Below are positions 24,586 through 38,000 of a stretch of 64,000 nt of DNA, piece by piece. The position numbers were made by a program, and so were the translations under genes. Source of the stretch: Guillardia theta CCMP2712 (lineage: Eukaryota; Protista; Cryptophyta); NCBI RefSeq assembly GCF_000315625.1, contig NW_005434651.1:243779-307778 (forward strand). Reading direction: 5' to 3'. How positions within the stretch are numbered: position 1 is the first letter of the stretch; the number at the start of each line of letters is the position of its first letter. The notes beneath the pieces were generated by a model. That model was given only the letters and a program-made list of their open reading frames with translations. It made no database searches and was not told where the DNA came from.

Positions 24586-24975
24586 CCATAGCCACCAAGC
24601 CGAAACTTAGAAACTTTGATGTTCAAACTTTGAATGTCCAAACCTTATTCTTTGCTTTCACAAACTTTGGAAGTGTTGGTTAATGAATCTGAACCCGCCC
24701 CGCCACCACCATGCCATCTCCCGACCAGCCAACCTCCTACCTGATCCCGTCCCCGTCTCCGTCTCCCATTATCGTCATGATCCTCCTCCTCCCATATCAT
24801 CTTCATGCTCCTCTTGCTTCCTCGTGATCTCAATGCTCGTTTTCTTTCCCATCTGATTCAATAGTTTCACAATAGTTGAGTTGATATGTCTTCGTCAACA
24901 TTTTGTTTCTTTATTGCATTTGAATCATATTCATCATGGCACGAAGGTTGCTGATATGCGTAGTTGCGCTCAGGG

Positions 24976-25609
24976 ATGAGTTCAGATGCAGCCGAATTGA
25001 TCTCCAAGCAGGAGGAGGAGATCGCAAGGTATTGAAAGATGAATACTTCATCAGCGATTTTATTCTTTGTCAGGCTCAAGTCTGAACTTCAAAAGTCCAT
25101 GAAGGAACGACAGAACCTGGCAACTTACCTGTGATTGATGTTCGTTTCCCTGAATCGTTCTGATCATGAATCGATGATAGACAACAACTCGAACAAGCAT
25201 CTCAAGCAAGTCACGACGAACTCAAGATGTGAGAGCTGTTCAAAGCTCGAAGGATCAGAAACGATTGACATCCTGATTGTGAATCGCTAGGATGAAGGAG
25301 GCTTATGTCCAACAGGAAGAAAGCTTCCAACAGAAATGGAATGCAGAGCATGAAAGGTTGTAATGGCTGAGAGGGGTTGTTCACATGAAAATTGATATGT
25401 TGCAAAGATTTCAAGACCTAGTGGCAGATATCCAAAGAAAGTATTCTGAAGAAAGAAAACCATGGTTAGTCTGCTCCGAAGAAGCCGTAAGTCTATTTTA
25501 TTCATTCATTTCACAGGATAACGAATTCAACAGAAGAAATCTCCACCCTCTACCAACAGACGAAGGAGTTTTCATCCACGTTGAGGGAGAACCCTTCAAA
25601 GCTGGATGA
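24976..25609 (+). CDS. Small coiled-coil hypothetical protein (multi-exon)
   Basis: Exons bounded by plausible splice sites read MSSDAAELISKQEEEIAR/LKSELQKSMKERQNL..MKEAYVQQEESFQQKWNAEHER/FQDLVADIQRKYSEERKPW..GEPFKAG*. No family recognised. Confidence 0.45.
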
Positions 25610-27180
25610 ATGAATGACTTCATTGTAACGCACAGAAGGCGCTATTCTATTCATGTAGGTGTTATCCTCCCTTTTAAATATTAAAACTTTGGTCCATTCT
25701 TTCAGTGGCCCTTCCAAGGAGTCTGAGCCTATGGAAGAGTTCAAGCTTCAGATCACTCCGGGACTGACATAAGGTCTCAAGTGAACATAGTTTCACTCCT
25801 GCTCGCCTACAACCACGTCATTGGCCAAGTTGACATCACTGTCTGGGCATACCTTCTCAGAGAGCATAGAGCCTCCAAGTGAACCCCCTAGGCTGTAATC
25901 ATCCATGCTTCAAAGGTCGTGAACCGACGTCGCATGTTCAACGAAAAGAACCTGAGAGAAGTTGTCCATGCTGGGAGATTGACGGATTGTCTGGGAATGC
26001 TTTCGATGGGGGTTTCAAATAATTCTTTTTCTGCAGCTATCAAAGACGTTTAGCATTGTAAAACGCAGCAGAATGAAAAATTTACCCAGGCATTCTGGCA
26101 AAATCTCAGAGACAACACGAATGCACTTGCTTGAAGTCTGGATGGCTTCCTGTAACCTTGCACGTTCACGAGCAAATCGCTCTTTGTACTCCTCAAGGAC
26201 ATTCTAGCCGGGTTGTCAAATAAGAAAAGTGTTCCACAGACATTTTACCTGAAAGCGACGATTCTCTGCTTGCAATATGTCCCTGATCTGGGCGTCTCTT
26301 TTGGACATGTAGAGCCTGAACAATTATATGCACAAAACGCAGAAATCAAACCCAGCCAAAGACAAAGCCATCGAAAACCTGAACTCTTGCAGCTGTTGCT
26401 GATTGCGGTGAATCGCGCCTTCTTGCATCTTGCAACAGTTTAGTAAGAACCAAATTGGCTCACTCCAACCGAAATTGAAATCTTGAGTCTCTCCTCCTCA
26501 TGCCGGCTATTCTTCAGCTCATGCTTCAAAGATTTAGATCCCAAGACAATCGCGCGATTGTCCTTACCTGCAGCTCAAGTATTTCATTTTCGCGAAGGAA
26601 CTTCGCATCTATGTCCATGCTTGTCTTATCTAAAGGAAAAAATCAGTTTTGTTGTGTACCAGGAGAGCAAGAGTCACGCGCCATAGGCATTGGCCGCCTG
26701 TCCGCCCACCGAAGAGTTCAAATAATTCGACATCTGATACCTTGAGAAACAAAAGAAGCTGTTATGCCTCGTTTAGAAGTGAAACCAAGGTCAAACGATA
26801 ATCAAGATGTCTCAAAAGGTCTAGAACCCAGACAGGTAGGACATCACACGGAGCAATCTATGAACATTCTCACATGTTTTGCTTGGCGTGAACGAGACAC
26901 TCACAGAGAGGCAAGAAACAACATCAATCTGATTTGCGAGAGGAATAACAATATACAATATTCTGGACATATCTACGATGATGAGTGGAGGGAGAGCAGC
27001 AGTGTGGGCAGGGCACACTATGGCAGCGGCAGCGGGCAGCTGGGGCAACGCAGAGGAACGAGTGGGAGGGGTACGGCAGCTGAATGAGTAAACTTCAAAG
27101 GAACTGCAGGAGGAACTTGTGAGAAGGACGAGCAGTGGCACTGCAAAGGAAAGAGGAGCTACAACAGCAGCAGCAGCCAC
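25550..27180 (-). CDS. Hypothetical protein (multi-exon, boundaries uncertain)
   Basis: Short coding-like segments (e.g. NVLEEYKERFARERARLQEAIQTSSKCIRVVSEILPE) separated by GT-AG-bounded gaps. No homology recognised. Confidence 0.3.
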
Positions 27181-27329
27181 CAGGCGCGAGAGCTTCGAAG
27201 CTTATCGGTCCTGGCAAGGAACATGAGAAGCGAGGCAACGATGATGCTGCCAGACTCCTAGTCACCCGGTGCCGGGGGTACTGGGGAGGGGTAGTGTACA
27301 CCAGGGATCGGAGGCACTTGAAGAGTGGG

Positions 27330-28220
27330 GTAGGGCCGTGCCTTCAACTTCTGAACCGTCTCTAGTGAGGCTGGGCCGTACTTTACCGTAACTTAGTAAC
27401 GGGCCGGGGCACGGCGCCGGGGGCAGGCTCCCGGGCGGCCCGGGCCGGGCACTGACGCCGCTGCCCTGGCGGCCGGGTCAAAGCCTTGACCGTGAGGTGC
27501 CCTGAGGCAGTGCCGCCGCGCCGCTCGCGGCTGGTTATGGAAACGGTGACCCGGCATTAGTCAAAGTCTGATCAGAATCAGAAACTGAACTCCGAAGGTA
27601 TAATCAGGAGTCCGGGCCAACGCATAGTCACCAACTTGAACAGCCTGTTAATACTTCAAACTTCAGGCTTGCCAAAGTTCCGATTCAATGCACGGTGTAG
27701 CGAAGCGTGTCACTGAGGAGGCGGGGACTCCGGAAACGATGCCATCAGTAGCGCCCGCCGACTGAAGTTAGTCACGGCGGCCCGCCGCCCGTTTGAATTG
27801 CTGAGTAAACTGGGGGCCTGATTTTAGGGACTCAGACTCGCCGCCGTTCCCAGCGGCGGGGGCCGGGCCGGCCCGGGCCGGGCGCGGCGGCGGCGGCGAC
27901 GGGAGTCACGACCAGTGTGACTCACTCTCAGGCTGGCAGTCACGGTGGCCCCCGGGCCGGGCCGCCCTGCCGGGCCCACCGCCGTGAGTCCCGGCCCTGA
28001 GATCAGTGATCTCGGGCCCCCGGGGGGTCCCGCCGTCCCGTCCCGCCGCGTGACGGTCAAAGCCTTGCCTTGAACTTAGATCTTCAACCGATGCGGCACT
28101 GCCAGCCGCAACCCGCGAGCTCCCCGGCGCGGCCCCTTCCGTCGGAGGCTCACGGAGTCACTGGTCCCCGGGCCCGGCTGCGAAGCCTACGGTACTACCG
28201 TAAGTGATCATCCGATCCTG
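27330..28220. other. GC-rich, palindrome-rich non-coding island
   Basis: Dense CCGGGCC, GTCAC/GTGAC, ACTGAG/CTCAGT and AAGTT/AACTT words, no credible ORF; same texture at 10290-11505, 54720-55000 and 57190-58050. Confidence 0.65.
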
Positions 28221-28635
28221 TTTTACTCAACTCGCATGCCATTGTCCTCGTACTGACTTTTGAGTAAAAAGACGAGGCGGCCGCAAAAACTCGCTCTCTG
28301 TACCCGGTTCTGTTGGACCCCTACCTGATCATTTACAAACCTTTTGCGGTCTCTTACACCCGTGCGAAGTCTGCTACTACCCACCCTTTGAATGGAATAA
28401 AAGTACCTTGCGAGGAGCATCTCCAACAGAGATGATCTTCATGGTGTCGATTAAGGGGTGGGTAGTCAAAGCAGTAGGGGTGTTCAAGTGATACTCCATG
28501 AGGAGGGGTCTGTTACCCAGCAACTCACAGTATTTCAATGGGTAGGGCACCACAAGGAAGGGAGAATCTTTTGAACAAGGTAGGGGTGATGAAAACTAGA
28601 GGGTAGGGGTCAACGAAGATAAAATAATATAAGTA

Positions 28636-28732
28636 ACCAGCAGCTGATGGGAGGGTAGGGGTCAGTTACCAGCAGATGCTGATGGGAGGGTAGGGGTCAG
28701 TTACCAGCAGATGCTGATGGGAGGGTAGGGGT
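28636..28732 (+). repeat. 35-bp tandem repeat, about 3 copies (ACCAGCAGATGCTGATGGGAGGGTAGGGGTCAGTT)
   Basis: Units start at 28636, 28668 and 28703; the first unit lacks 3 nt. Confidence 0.9.
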
Positions 28733-29004
28733 TAATCACCAGCAACTGTTCACTTTGCCGAGTAGGGGTACTTTCAAGTAAATTGAAAGGTACTAGGTGG
28801 AAGCCAACATGGATTGCGAGGAACAGGGGGTAGGGTAGCCCTCCCGAGCTGGTGAAGGGAAAGAAGGAAATGCTCGATCCATCAGAAGCGAAGGCAAGAG
28901 AAAAGAACGGAGGATAGTGGTGTTGAGAGAAATTCATATCAGACATCAACATACGTGCGATACAATATTGCAGTTGAGAGTTGCTGAAGAGCAAGAAATA
29001 AATC

Positions 29005-32000
29005 ATGAATGCTTCTGTCAAGAATTCATGTGGATTTCAGGAGTACCATACTTCTCAAAAAACATTGAGAAAACGAGCTTCAATAATACGATCAGACCAA
29101 AAAACTATGATATTATTGATCAGCATGTACATATTAACGGCATCCTGCACGAACATAACAAATCAGACAAACGTAAATTGTACACAAAAGTCAGACAATT
29201 CTTCCATAGCTATTGCAACCCAACATATGTTGACAGAACAAAAGGAAGAAAACTTAAACCTGAATCAGATCGCATGTGAAACAAATAACTTTGGTCTATC
29301 CTGCCAACAAACCTGTTCCCCCGAGGTGAACTGTACTGGACATGGACGGTGCAGCGGGTGGGACGGGGAGTGCATATGCCTTGAGGGGTGGGGCGGGGCG
29401 CGGTGCGGAGAGGCGACGGGAGCGGGAAGCGGAGGGTGCGACGGGGAGCACGGGGGGCCGGGCTGCCTAGCGTGCAGGGCGGGAGAGTACGGGCAGGGGT
29501 GCAACGAGTCGTGCAGCGCGAACGCGACGTGCTCGGGGCACGGGCGGTGCGGCGGGTGGGACGGGGAGTGCATATGCCTTGAGGGGTGGGGCGGGGCGCG
29601 GTGCGGAGAGGCGACGGGAGCGGGAAGCGGAGGGTGCGACGGGGAGCACGGGGGGCCGGGCTGCCTAGCGTGCAGGGCGGGAGAGTACGGGCAGGGGTGC
29701 AACGAGTCGTGCAGCGCGAACGCGACGTGCTCGGGGCACGGGCGGTGCGGCGGGTGGGACGGGGAGTGCATATGCCTTGAGGGTTGGTTTGGAATGTTTT
29801 GTTCTGTGCCCTTGTTCAATTTGTCTTCTCCTTTTTGGATGTTGCTGTGACAGGTACCACAATGGATTTTTCAAGCACGCCTATATATGGTTCATCCATG
29901 TCATCTTCTAATGGTTCCAATTTTATGGATTTGTTTGGCACAACGAATCATTCATTTATTCTATCAAACGCATCTTTCCCAGGACTGGAATCAACTGCCA
30001 CGTGGATCTCACAGATAGTAAGTTCGACGACGAACTTAGACACGACGACTGGGGCAGGCGAGGGAGGAGCGTCGTCCACGACCCAGGCGAGTACGCCAGC
30101 GCCAAGCACGCCGTCTTGGCAGACAAGTGTTGACGGCTATCTTGTCGGAAATACTTCAAGCGCAGGCATCGAGACATCAGCGACGTGGGAGTCATCGACT
30201 AGCACGCCAGTGCCGAGCTCGACAGAGCTATCCAACGTGTCATCAACGTCGACGACGACTGCGATAGACAGCAAGCTGTACACGACGACGGGGGCAGGCG
30301 AGGGAGGAGCGTCGTCTACGACCCAGGCGAGTACGCCAGCGCCAAGCACGCCGTCTTGGCAGACAAGTGTTGACGGCTATCTTGTCGGAAATACTTCAAG
30401 CGCAGGCATCGAGACATCAGCGACGTGGGAGTCATCGACTAGCACGCCAGTGCCGAGCTCGACAGAGTCGTACAACGTGTCATCAACGTCGACGACGACT
30501 GCGATAGACAGCAAGCTGTACACGACGACGGGGGCAGGCGAGGGAGGAGCGTCGTCCACGACCCAGGCGAGTACGCCAGCGCCAAGCACGCCGTCTTGGC
30601 AGACAAGTGTTGACGGCTATCTTGTCGGAAATACTTCAAGTGTAGGCATCGAGACATCAGCGACGTGGGAGTCGTCGACTAGCACGCCAGTGCCGAGCTC
30701 GACAGAGCTATCCAACGTGTCATCAACGTCGACGACGACTGCGATAGACAGCAAGCTGTACACGACGACGGGGGCAGGCGAGGGAGGAGCGTCGTCCACG
30801 ACCCAGGCGAGTACGCCAGCGCCAAGCACGCCGTCTTGGCAGACAAGTGTTGACGGCTATCTTGTCGGAAATACTTCAAGCGCAGGCATCGAGACATCAG
30901 CGACGTGGGAGTCATCGACTAGCACGCCAGTGCCGAGCTCGACAGAGTCGTACAACGTGTCATCAACGTCGACGACGACTGCGATAGACAGCAAGCTGTA
31001 CACGACGACAGGAACGTCGTCTACGACCCAGGCGAGTACGCCAGCGCCAAGCACGGCAGTGCCGAGCTCGACAGAGCTATCCAACGTGTCATCAACGTCG
31101 ACGACGACTGCGATAGACAGCAAGCTGTACACGACGACAGGAACGTCGTCTACGACCCAGGCGAGTACGCCAGCGCCAAGCATGCCTTCTTGGCAGACAA
31201 GTGTTGACGGCTATCTTGTCGGAAATACTTCAAGCGCAGGCATCGAGACATCAGCGACGTGGGAGTCGTCGACTAGCACGCCAGTGCCGAGCTCGACAGA
31301 GCTATCCAACGTGTCATCAACGTCGACGACGACTGCGATAGACAGCAAGCTGTACACGACGACAGGAACGTCGTCTACGACCCAGGCGAGTACGCCAGCG
31401 CCAAGCACGGCAGTGCCGAGCTCGACAGAGTCGTTCAACGTGTCATCAACGTCGACGACGACTGCGATAGACAGCAAGCTGTACACGACGACAGGAGCGT
31501 CGTCTACGACCCAGGCGAGTACGCCAGCGCCGAGCTCGACAGAGCCGATCTCGACAGAGCTATCCAACGTGTCATCAACGTCGACGACGACTGCGATAGA
31601 CAGCAAGCTGTACACGACGACGGGGGCAGGCGAGGGAGGAGCGTCGTCTACGACCCAGGCGAGTACGCCAGCGCCAAGCACGCCGTCTTGGCAGACAAGT
31701 GTTGACGGCTATCTTGTCGGAAATACTTCAAGCGCAGGCATCGAGACATCAGCGACGTGGGAGTCGTCGACTAGCACGCCAGTGCCGAGCTCGACAGAGC
31801 TATCCAACGTGTCATCAACGTCGACGACGACTGCGATAGACAGCAAGCTGTACACGACGACAGGAGCGTCGTCTACGACCCAGGCGAGTACGCCAGCGCC
31901 AAGCTCGACAGAGTCGTTCAACGTGTCATCAACGTCGTCAAATGTGACGAGTGCTATGCAGTTTTTGCTTGAAACAACTCCATCAGGTTCTTCATTCTTC

Positions 32001-35000
32001 AATTGGACTCAGTTCCTTAGTACAGCTAAACAAGACAACGATTACTTTAGTTCCCTCAAACTGCTTGAGCTTCCGCACGACGAATTGTTTAGGCTTACTG
32101 TCCTACAGCCTCAATTCATCAAAGGACTGGAGGCATTTGGTGTTTCATGGAAAGTTTCCATCAGTTTTGGTGGTGGGTCACTTCAGATGTTCCGAAATTT
32201 TCCTGTATTGGACAGCAACGGCCTCCTGACTGTAGACACGATTGCATTCCTGAATGGAGACTCTAAATGGATTGTCCAGATCTCGGCTGATCAGCATAAT
32301 TACACCACGACGCTATTTGAATTGGATATCCACGTCGTTCCAGTCAATGATGCCCCTGCATTTGATATGCCATCCTCGGTCTCCATACTTGAGGACTCTG
32401 GTCTTACTCAAATCTCACACTTTGCCACCAATATCAGTGCTGGACCTCTCAATGAGCAGTGGCAGCAGGTATATTTCGTGATGTCTCCTTGGAAGTTCAG
32501 TGATGCTTCACACTTCAAACTTGTGCCAATGTTGTTTTCTAACGGTACTCTGCAATTATGGCCAGCCGATGATTACTCTGGTGACACAATATGGAATGTT
32601 TCGTTGATGGACAATGGTGGAACTGACAATGGTGGACAAAACATTTCACTTCCCCGGTTGTTGACTGTACTCGTTCTTTCGGTGAATGACATGCCTTACT
32701 TTAGCATTCAACCCGTCCTAGTCATTCCATCTAACTCCAATTACATGACAATGGCACGTGTGGTGTTCAATATCAGCTCCGGAGCACTCAACGAGGCGGA
32801 TCAGACGCTGAGCTTCGACCTTGTGTCTGCTTCAAGGTGGGATAACCTTTCTCTGACGCTGACTCCCAATGGAACCCTCATTCTACAGAACTTCAAGGGT
32901 CTTGATGCCAAGGTGGTTGTGTTGGTGACCTTGACTGACGATGGTCTGATGGCTGCAAACGACTCTCTGACATCACAACCGCGAAACTTGACGATTTACT
33001 TCGTGGCATCACCGCCGCCACCGTCTACCTTGATGTCATACAAGAAAGACTTCGCCATTGTCGAAGTGGTGTGGACTCATGGATGGATTGAAGACAGCTA
33101 TAGTGGAATTTCGAACCAATTCAATTTTTCTTTTGTTGTCACCATTGTAGAGTGTAAAACAGATGCTTGTGTGCCTTCAGAGCTTTCCGTCAGTCCTAGG
33201 GATTGCTCGAACGGATCTTGTATTATAGATTTAAGGCTGACAAGCTGGAAGAGCTTTTACAGCGTTTCAGTTCAAGCAAAGAACCTCGTTGGATCCAGTT
33301 CTCCGCAGTCAGTCAAGTTTGCGGGCACTTTTGCGATTGATGTATCTTTACCTTTCATTAGCTCTCTTCAGTTCAACTTCAGCTCAACAGCATCCGAATC
33401 AATTCTTCTTGTGCACCTTCTTCCCCCTGAAAGCAACAACAGCGGATCACAGCACATCACTGAATATGAATTCGAACTTTGCCGTGCAATTGCAGACGTG
33501 AATGAGTCAGATTGCGTCTCCTTCACTGAAATCAATCCACACAGTGAGACTCAAACCTCGGACTACACCTTCACTTTCCTTATCTCGTGGTTGAACTATA
33601 GAGAGTCTGAATTCTTCGTGAAAAATTCATCTCGTAAAATTTTGCTCATCAGAGGGCAGAACGTGTCCATCAGAGCAAGGGCGATTTACAGGTGTGTAAT
33701 ACTTGTCTTTTCCTTGCATGAATGTTGTTTTTTCACTTTTACTTAGAATCTTGTTTTGATTTTGTTTGGCAGCATTATCATAGGGCCATGGTCATTTCCA
33801 TACAACTTTCGAGTTGCGGGGAAGCCCAATTCTACCATTGGATTGTCAACGAGAGAGACTGATGCCGTTCATGTCCTATTGACATGGAGTCTTCCTGCTG
33901 ACACTGGGTATGGAGATGAGGCAATGCCGCTGACCTGTTTTCAGATCACAGCAGCTACTTGTGCAGACATGAGCGAGCGATGTGTGGTGTGGAGAAAGTG
34001 TCTGGATCTGCAGTTTCTTTTGACCGCTGATGGTCAATTCCAGTACTCCTTTACAAATACTTCGTTGAAGAACCCAGGAACTTACTTCTTCATGGTGTGC
34101 CCAGTAAATGAGCTCGGCCCTGCGGTTGATTGCGAGACGTCGAAGTCGGACTTTAACATCCTGCCAGTTATCTTTTCACCGTCATCTGTCCCAGTCTACT
34201 TCATTCTGCGTAATTCAACCACAAGGACTTTTGATGTGTGGTCAGGAGATCAGGTGACAAAGGACTTGAGTTTGATACTGACAAGCTTGCCACTCCAACT
34301 GTCTTGGGAGGAATTGGCTATCTCTCTTGTCATCCCCAACCTGACAATCTCACTTAATGCCACGGACTGGGCATTTGACCTGAGATCTGCTTTTTTCACC
34401 ATCCACCTTAGTCGAATCCTTGGCAGTCAAGTTTTGTTCTCAGCATTCGCAAACTCGGTGAAGGGAAACTTGCAAGTATCTATTAAGCAGAATCCATGGA
34501 AAAGAGTGGCTTTACCCATTGAGATCAATACAGGGTACCCCCAGATCGTCTTTGAAAGCATCAGTCCGTCTTCGGGAGAGATGGCGGGAGGTTATTTTGT
34601 GAATATCCAGTTGAGGGATTTTCTGGGGCCAAGGACCAGGTATTCTGCTGGACTGTACAATCTGTACACCGCAAGCATCTCAACAATCCAAGTTTTCTTT
34701 CGATCGGATGGTGTGTATAGGCAATCTCAATACTTCACTCTCACTAAACAGACCGCGGGAACTTCCAACTCTTATGATTTGTTCGTACTCTCCATTTTTG
34801 TGCCTGTGGCTGCTAAAGAGGGAGTTGCCGACATCGTGATGTACATATCAGGAAACCTTGCTGTCGCAAGTGACATTTCTTTCCTGTTCGTTGGCATGAG
34901 CATAGTATCTGTCTCACCAAACTCCGGCATGATTAACCCTGGATCTGCCGGTCAGTCAATAAGCATGGTCATCAACGGTGCCACAAGTGCAATCTCTCTC

Positions 35001-38000
35001 AACATTTCCCTCGCAGGTGTAAACTGTAAAGTCAACGGCTGGGTGATCCTTGGAACAAAGGTCTCTATTGACGTCCTTCTCCCTGAATTGCCCACGTCAA
35101 AAGCTGGAGACTTGGAGTTAGTGGTCAAATACCCAGGAGGAAAGCTAAATAGTACCTGGAACTACATTCTTCCTCCTTCACCTTACATCGTGTACTCCTC
35201 CTTTGCCATCGATGGTGTCTCGAAGTTTTGGCTACAAACCGGAAAGTCTCACGTGATTTCGTTCCAAATCAAGAACCTCAGACCGAAGTATGGGTGGTCC
35301 TTTGACAATCTCCAACTCATTGTAGAGAGGGAGTACAATTGCACGTTTCAGAACGTTGGGGATTCGGTCCTTGTGAATTTCGCGATCGAAGCTTTGCAGG
35401 CAGGCGACAGGATCCCTTTGAGTGTAGTTGTGTTCTATCAGTCAGAAAGGGTTGGGGAGGTAACGACCTCAGACTTTCCATCCGGTCAAAGCAAAGTCCT
35501 ACTAGAATTCCGACAAGGATTCACCCCTGCCGTCGTAGACTACTTGCCGAGTGAAGGTCCTTCTCGAGGAGGAACTTTCGTCGTCATGGGAATCACAAAG
35601 ATTGGAGCGTTCACTTCGCAAGGATATCAGATTCTTCCGGAAGTCAGGGTTGGCTCTGATTCTGTTCCCGTCACGAGTTTCTGGTTGATCCCTCTTCAAA
35701 GCTGGATCAATCAAGACAGCACCTACAACCAGATCATGGTCTCATCTAATGTTTGGAACAACATGACCAACACGACTCGGACCCTGTTTTCGAAGTACAA
35801 GAACGTTATCACGACCTCGGAACAATACGTCCAGAATGAACTCATGACGGATGCTTCTGTCATGAAAGATTATATGATAATGGTCCTCAAGACACCACAA
35901 CTGAACGTGACCAAACAAACGCGCGCTTTGATTACAATATCTTTTGGAAACAATTTCAATTTTAGCATCTCTGCAAACTTCACATACGTGCCTGACAACT
36001 TGAATGACCCGATCAAGGTCAACAGCATATCCACAGACTCAAACTCGCTCAGTTGCAGTTTGGAAGGAGGATGTACTGTACGAGCAAGCTTGTCGAACTT
36101 TCCTATCGTTTACACTGTGAGGTTACGATCTATCTCTTGCTTGCTTATTAACGAGAACTCAGGTGAAAGACTTGGTCGTGCAGATGGACGTCCGAATTTG
36201 GCCCCTGTTGATCCTGTCGGATTCTTCGGAAACTCAGATTGAGTTTCAGGTACGGATCATCATTTAGATTTTAATCGTAATGCTACATGCACAGGTCCCA
36301 CAAGCATCCAAAGAAGGAGTCACTTCGATCATTATCAGATCATCTTTCTCTTCTCAGAACGCTGTGGCGATCCCTTTCACTTACATCGATACGAACAAGC
36401 CCGAGATCTCCTATACAAGCCCAACATGGAGTTACTCTGATGGCGGGCAGATGGTCACAATTTTCCTGAGCAAACTTCCGTCGTCTATCCCTCAAAACGA
36501 GTTCTACGTGAACGTGCAGGGCAGCTTGAATAGCGTCTTGTTGAACTACAGCAGCTTTACTGTTGGATCAGTTGGCTCGATCGTAGGGAAAATCACCTTT
36601 ATATTACCAGCATGTCAACCTGGACCAGTCAGCGTTTCTGTAAAGGCGGCTCAGAAGGTTTCGAATTCTTTAGTTCTGCAATGCCAAGCAATCCCGACGA
36701 CTCCGCCTCTTGTCGACTCATTCAAACGAGAAAATCAATGTACGAAGCAAGAAATCGTCCAAGTAAAACTCAAGAATTTTAGGGTTGTGAGTGGTCCAAG
36801 CGAAGTTGCGTTATCGTTTGCTCAGAACACTAACGTCAGTGCCAGCACAATCCCAAATTTCATGGTCATGTCAGACTTGTCGAATACTTTCATGCAGTTT
36901 CCATATGACGCTACACAATATAGTTCAGGAAACGTGAAGGTCTGGGCAACTAGACAGCCGAACTTCATGATCGCTTTGAGCACACCATGCGTTGTACAAC
37001 AAGCAATCACGCTGAGCTACGTCATTCCTTCCTGGGTTTATTCGGCTCGATCCACCAAGATGATGGCGGCCATCAATGATTATGGTATCTACACCAACAT
37101 CACACAGATCAAAGTGTTGTCCACCCTAAACGCAACCACATCTTCAGTGGTTTTCAACCGAGTCATCTCTGGTGGGGAGAATCTTTTGATGGTGAATTTC
37201 ATCCTCATCGCAAATTTGGCTCAAGAGCACAATCTGACAGTGATTGGTTGCAACCTCGGGGTTTGTAACAAGAAGATTCTAGAGTTTCAAGTTTCAGTGC
37301 GGACAGACTTGAACCCAGTAGTGAGCAATTTTAATCCTCAATCGTGCAGATTTTATGGAGGAACTGAAATGGCCATCGAAGTCGACAACTTGGATCAGAA
37401 CATCACCTCCGTCCTTGTTGACTTTGGGAAGAATGTTTCGGCAAAATCGATTCAAGTCCTTGACAAGAGCACAAAGAAGAGTTTAGTGAAAGTTGATATT
37501 CCTTCAACTAATTATCCCAAAACAATTCTACTGTCTCTTTTCATCTTGTCACCTATCAAGCAGTGGAAGATAGCTTTCCCGACTCAGTTTGAGTACGCTG
37601 TTGCACCATTGCCCGCGATCCTCAAATTGTTCCCGACAGAAGCATATGTGGAAACTTCTTCAAACATCAGGGTGCTTATTCAGAATTTTCCTCCTGTCTC
37701 TTCGCCCTCGGACTTCGTCATACAATTTCTGATGAATGACGGCACAATGTTGAGTACTGCGGTGCAGCGATTGGAACTGAAGGCTCAAGCCACTTCTGAC
37801 CTGCCAAACGTGCAAATAGACTTCCAGTCGCCAAATCAGAATCAAGCACAAACAGGTTTGGCAAACATGAAGGTGAAACATGCTCTCTATTCAAACAGGC
37901 AAGTGCATCGTTATTGACCAGTTTATGTTTTTGACTTGAGTGCCACAGTTTTGTCTCTTCTCCGTTCAGCTTTGTGGCTTTGTCTGAACCCAAGATTGTT

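Noticed and set aside
30040-31940. Regular repeats that could be mistaken for a CRISPR array
   Set aside because: Contiguous in-frame coding repeats with no unique spacers, in a eukaryotic gene.
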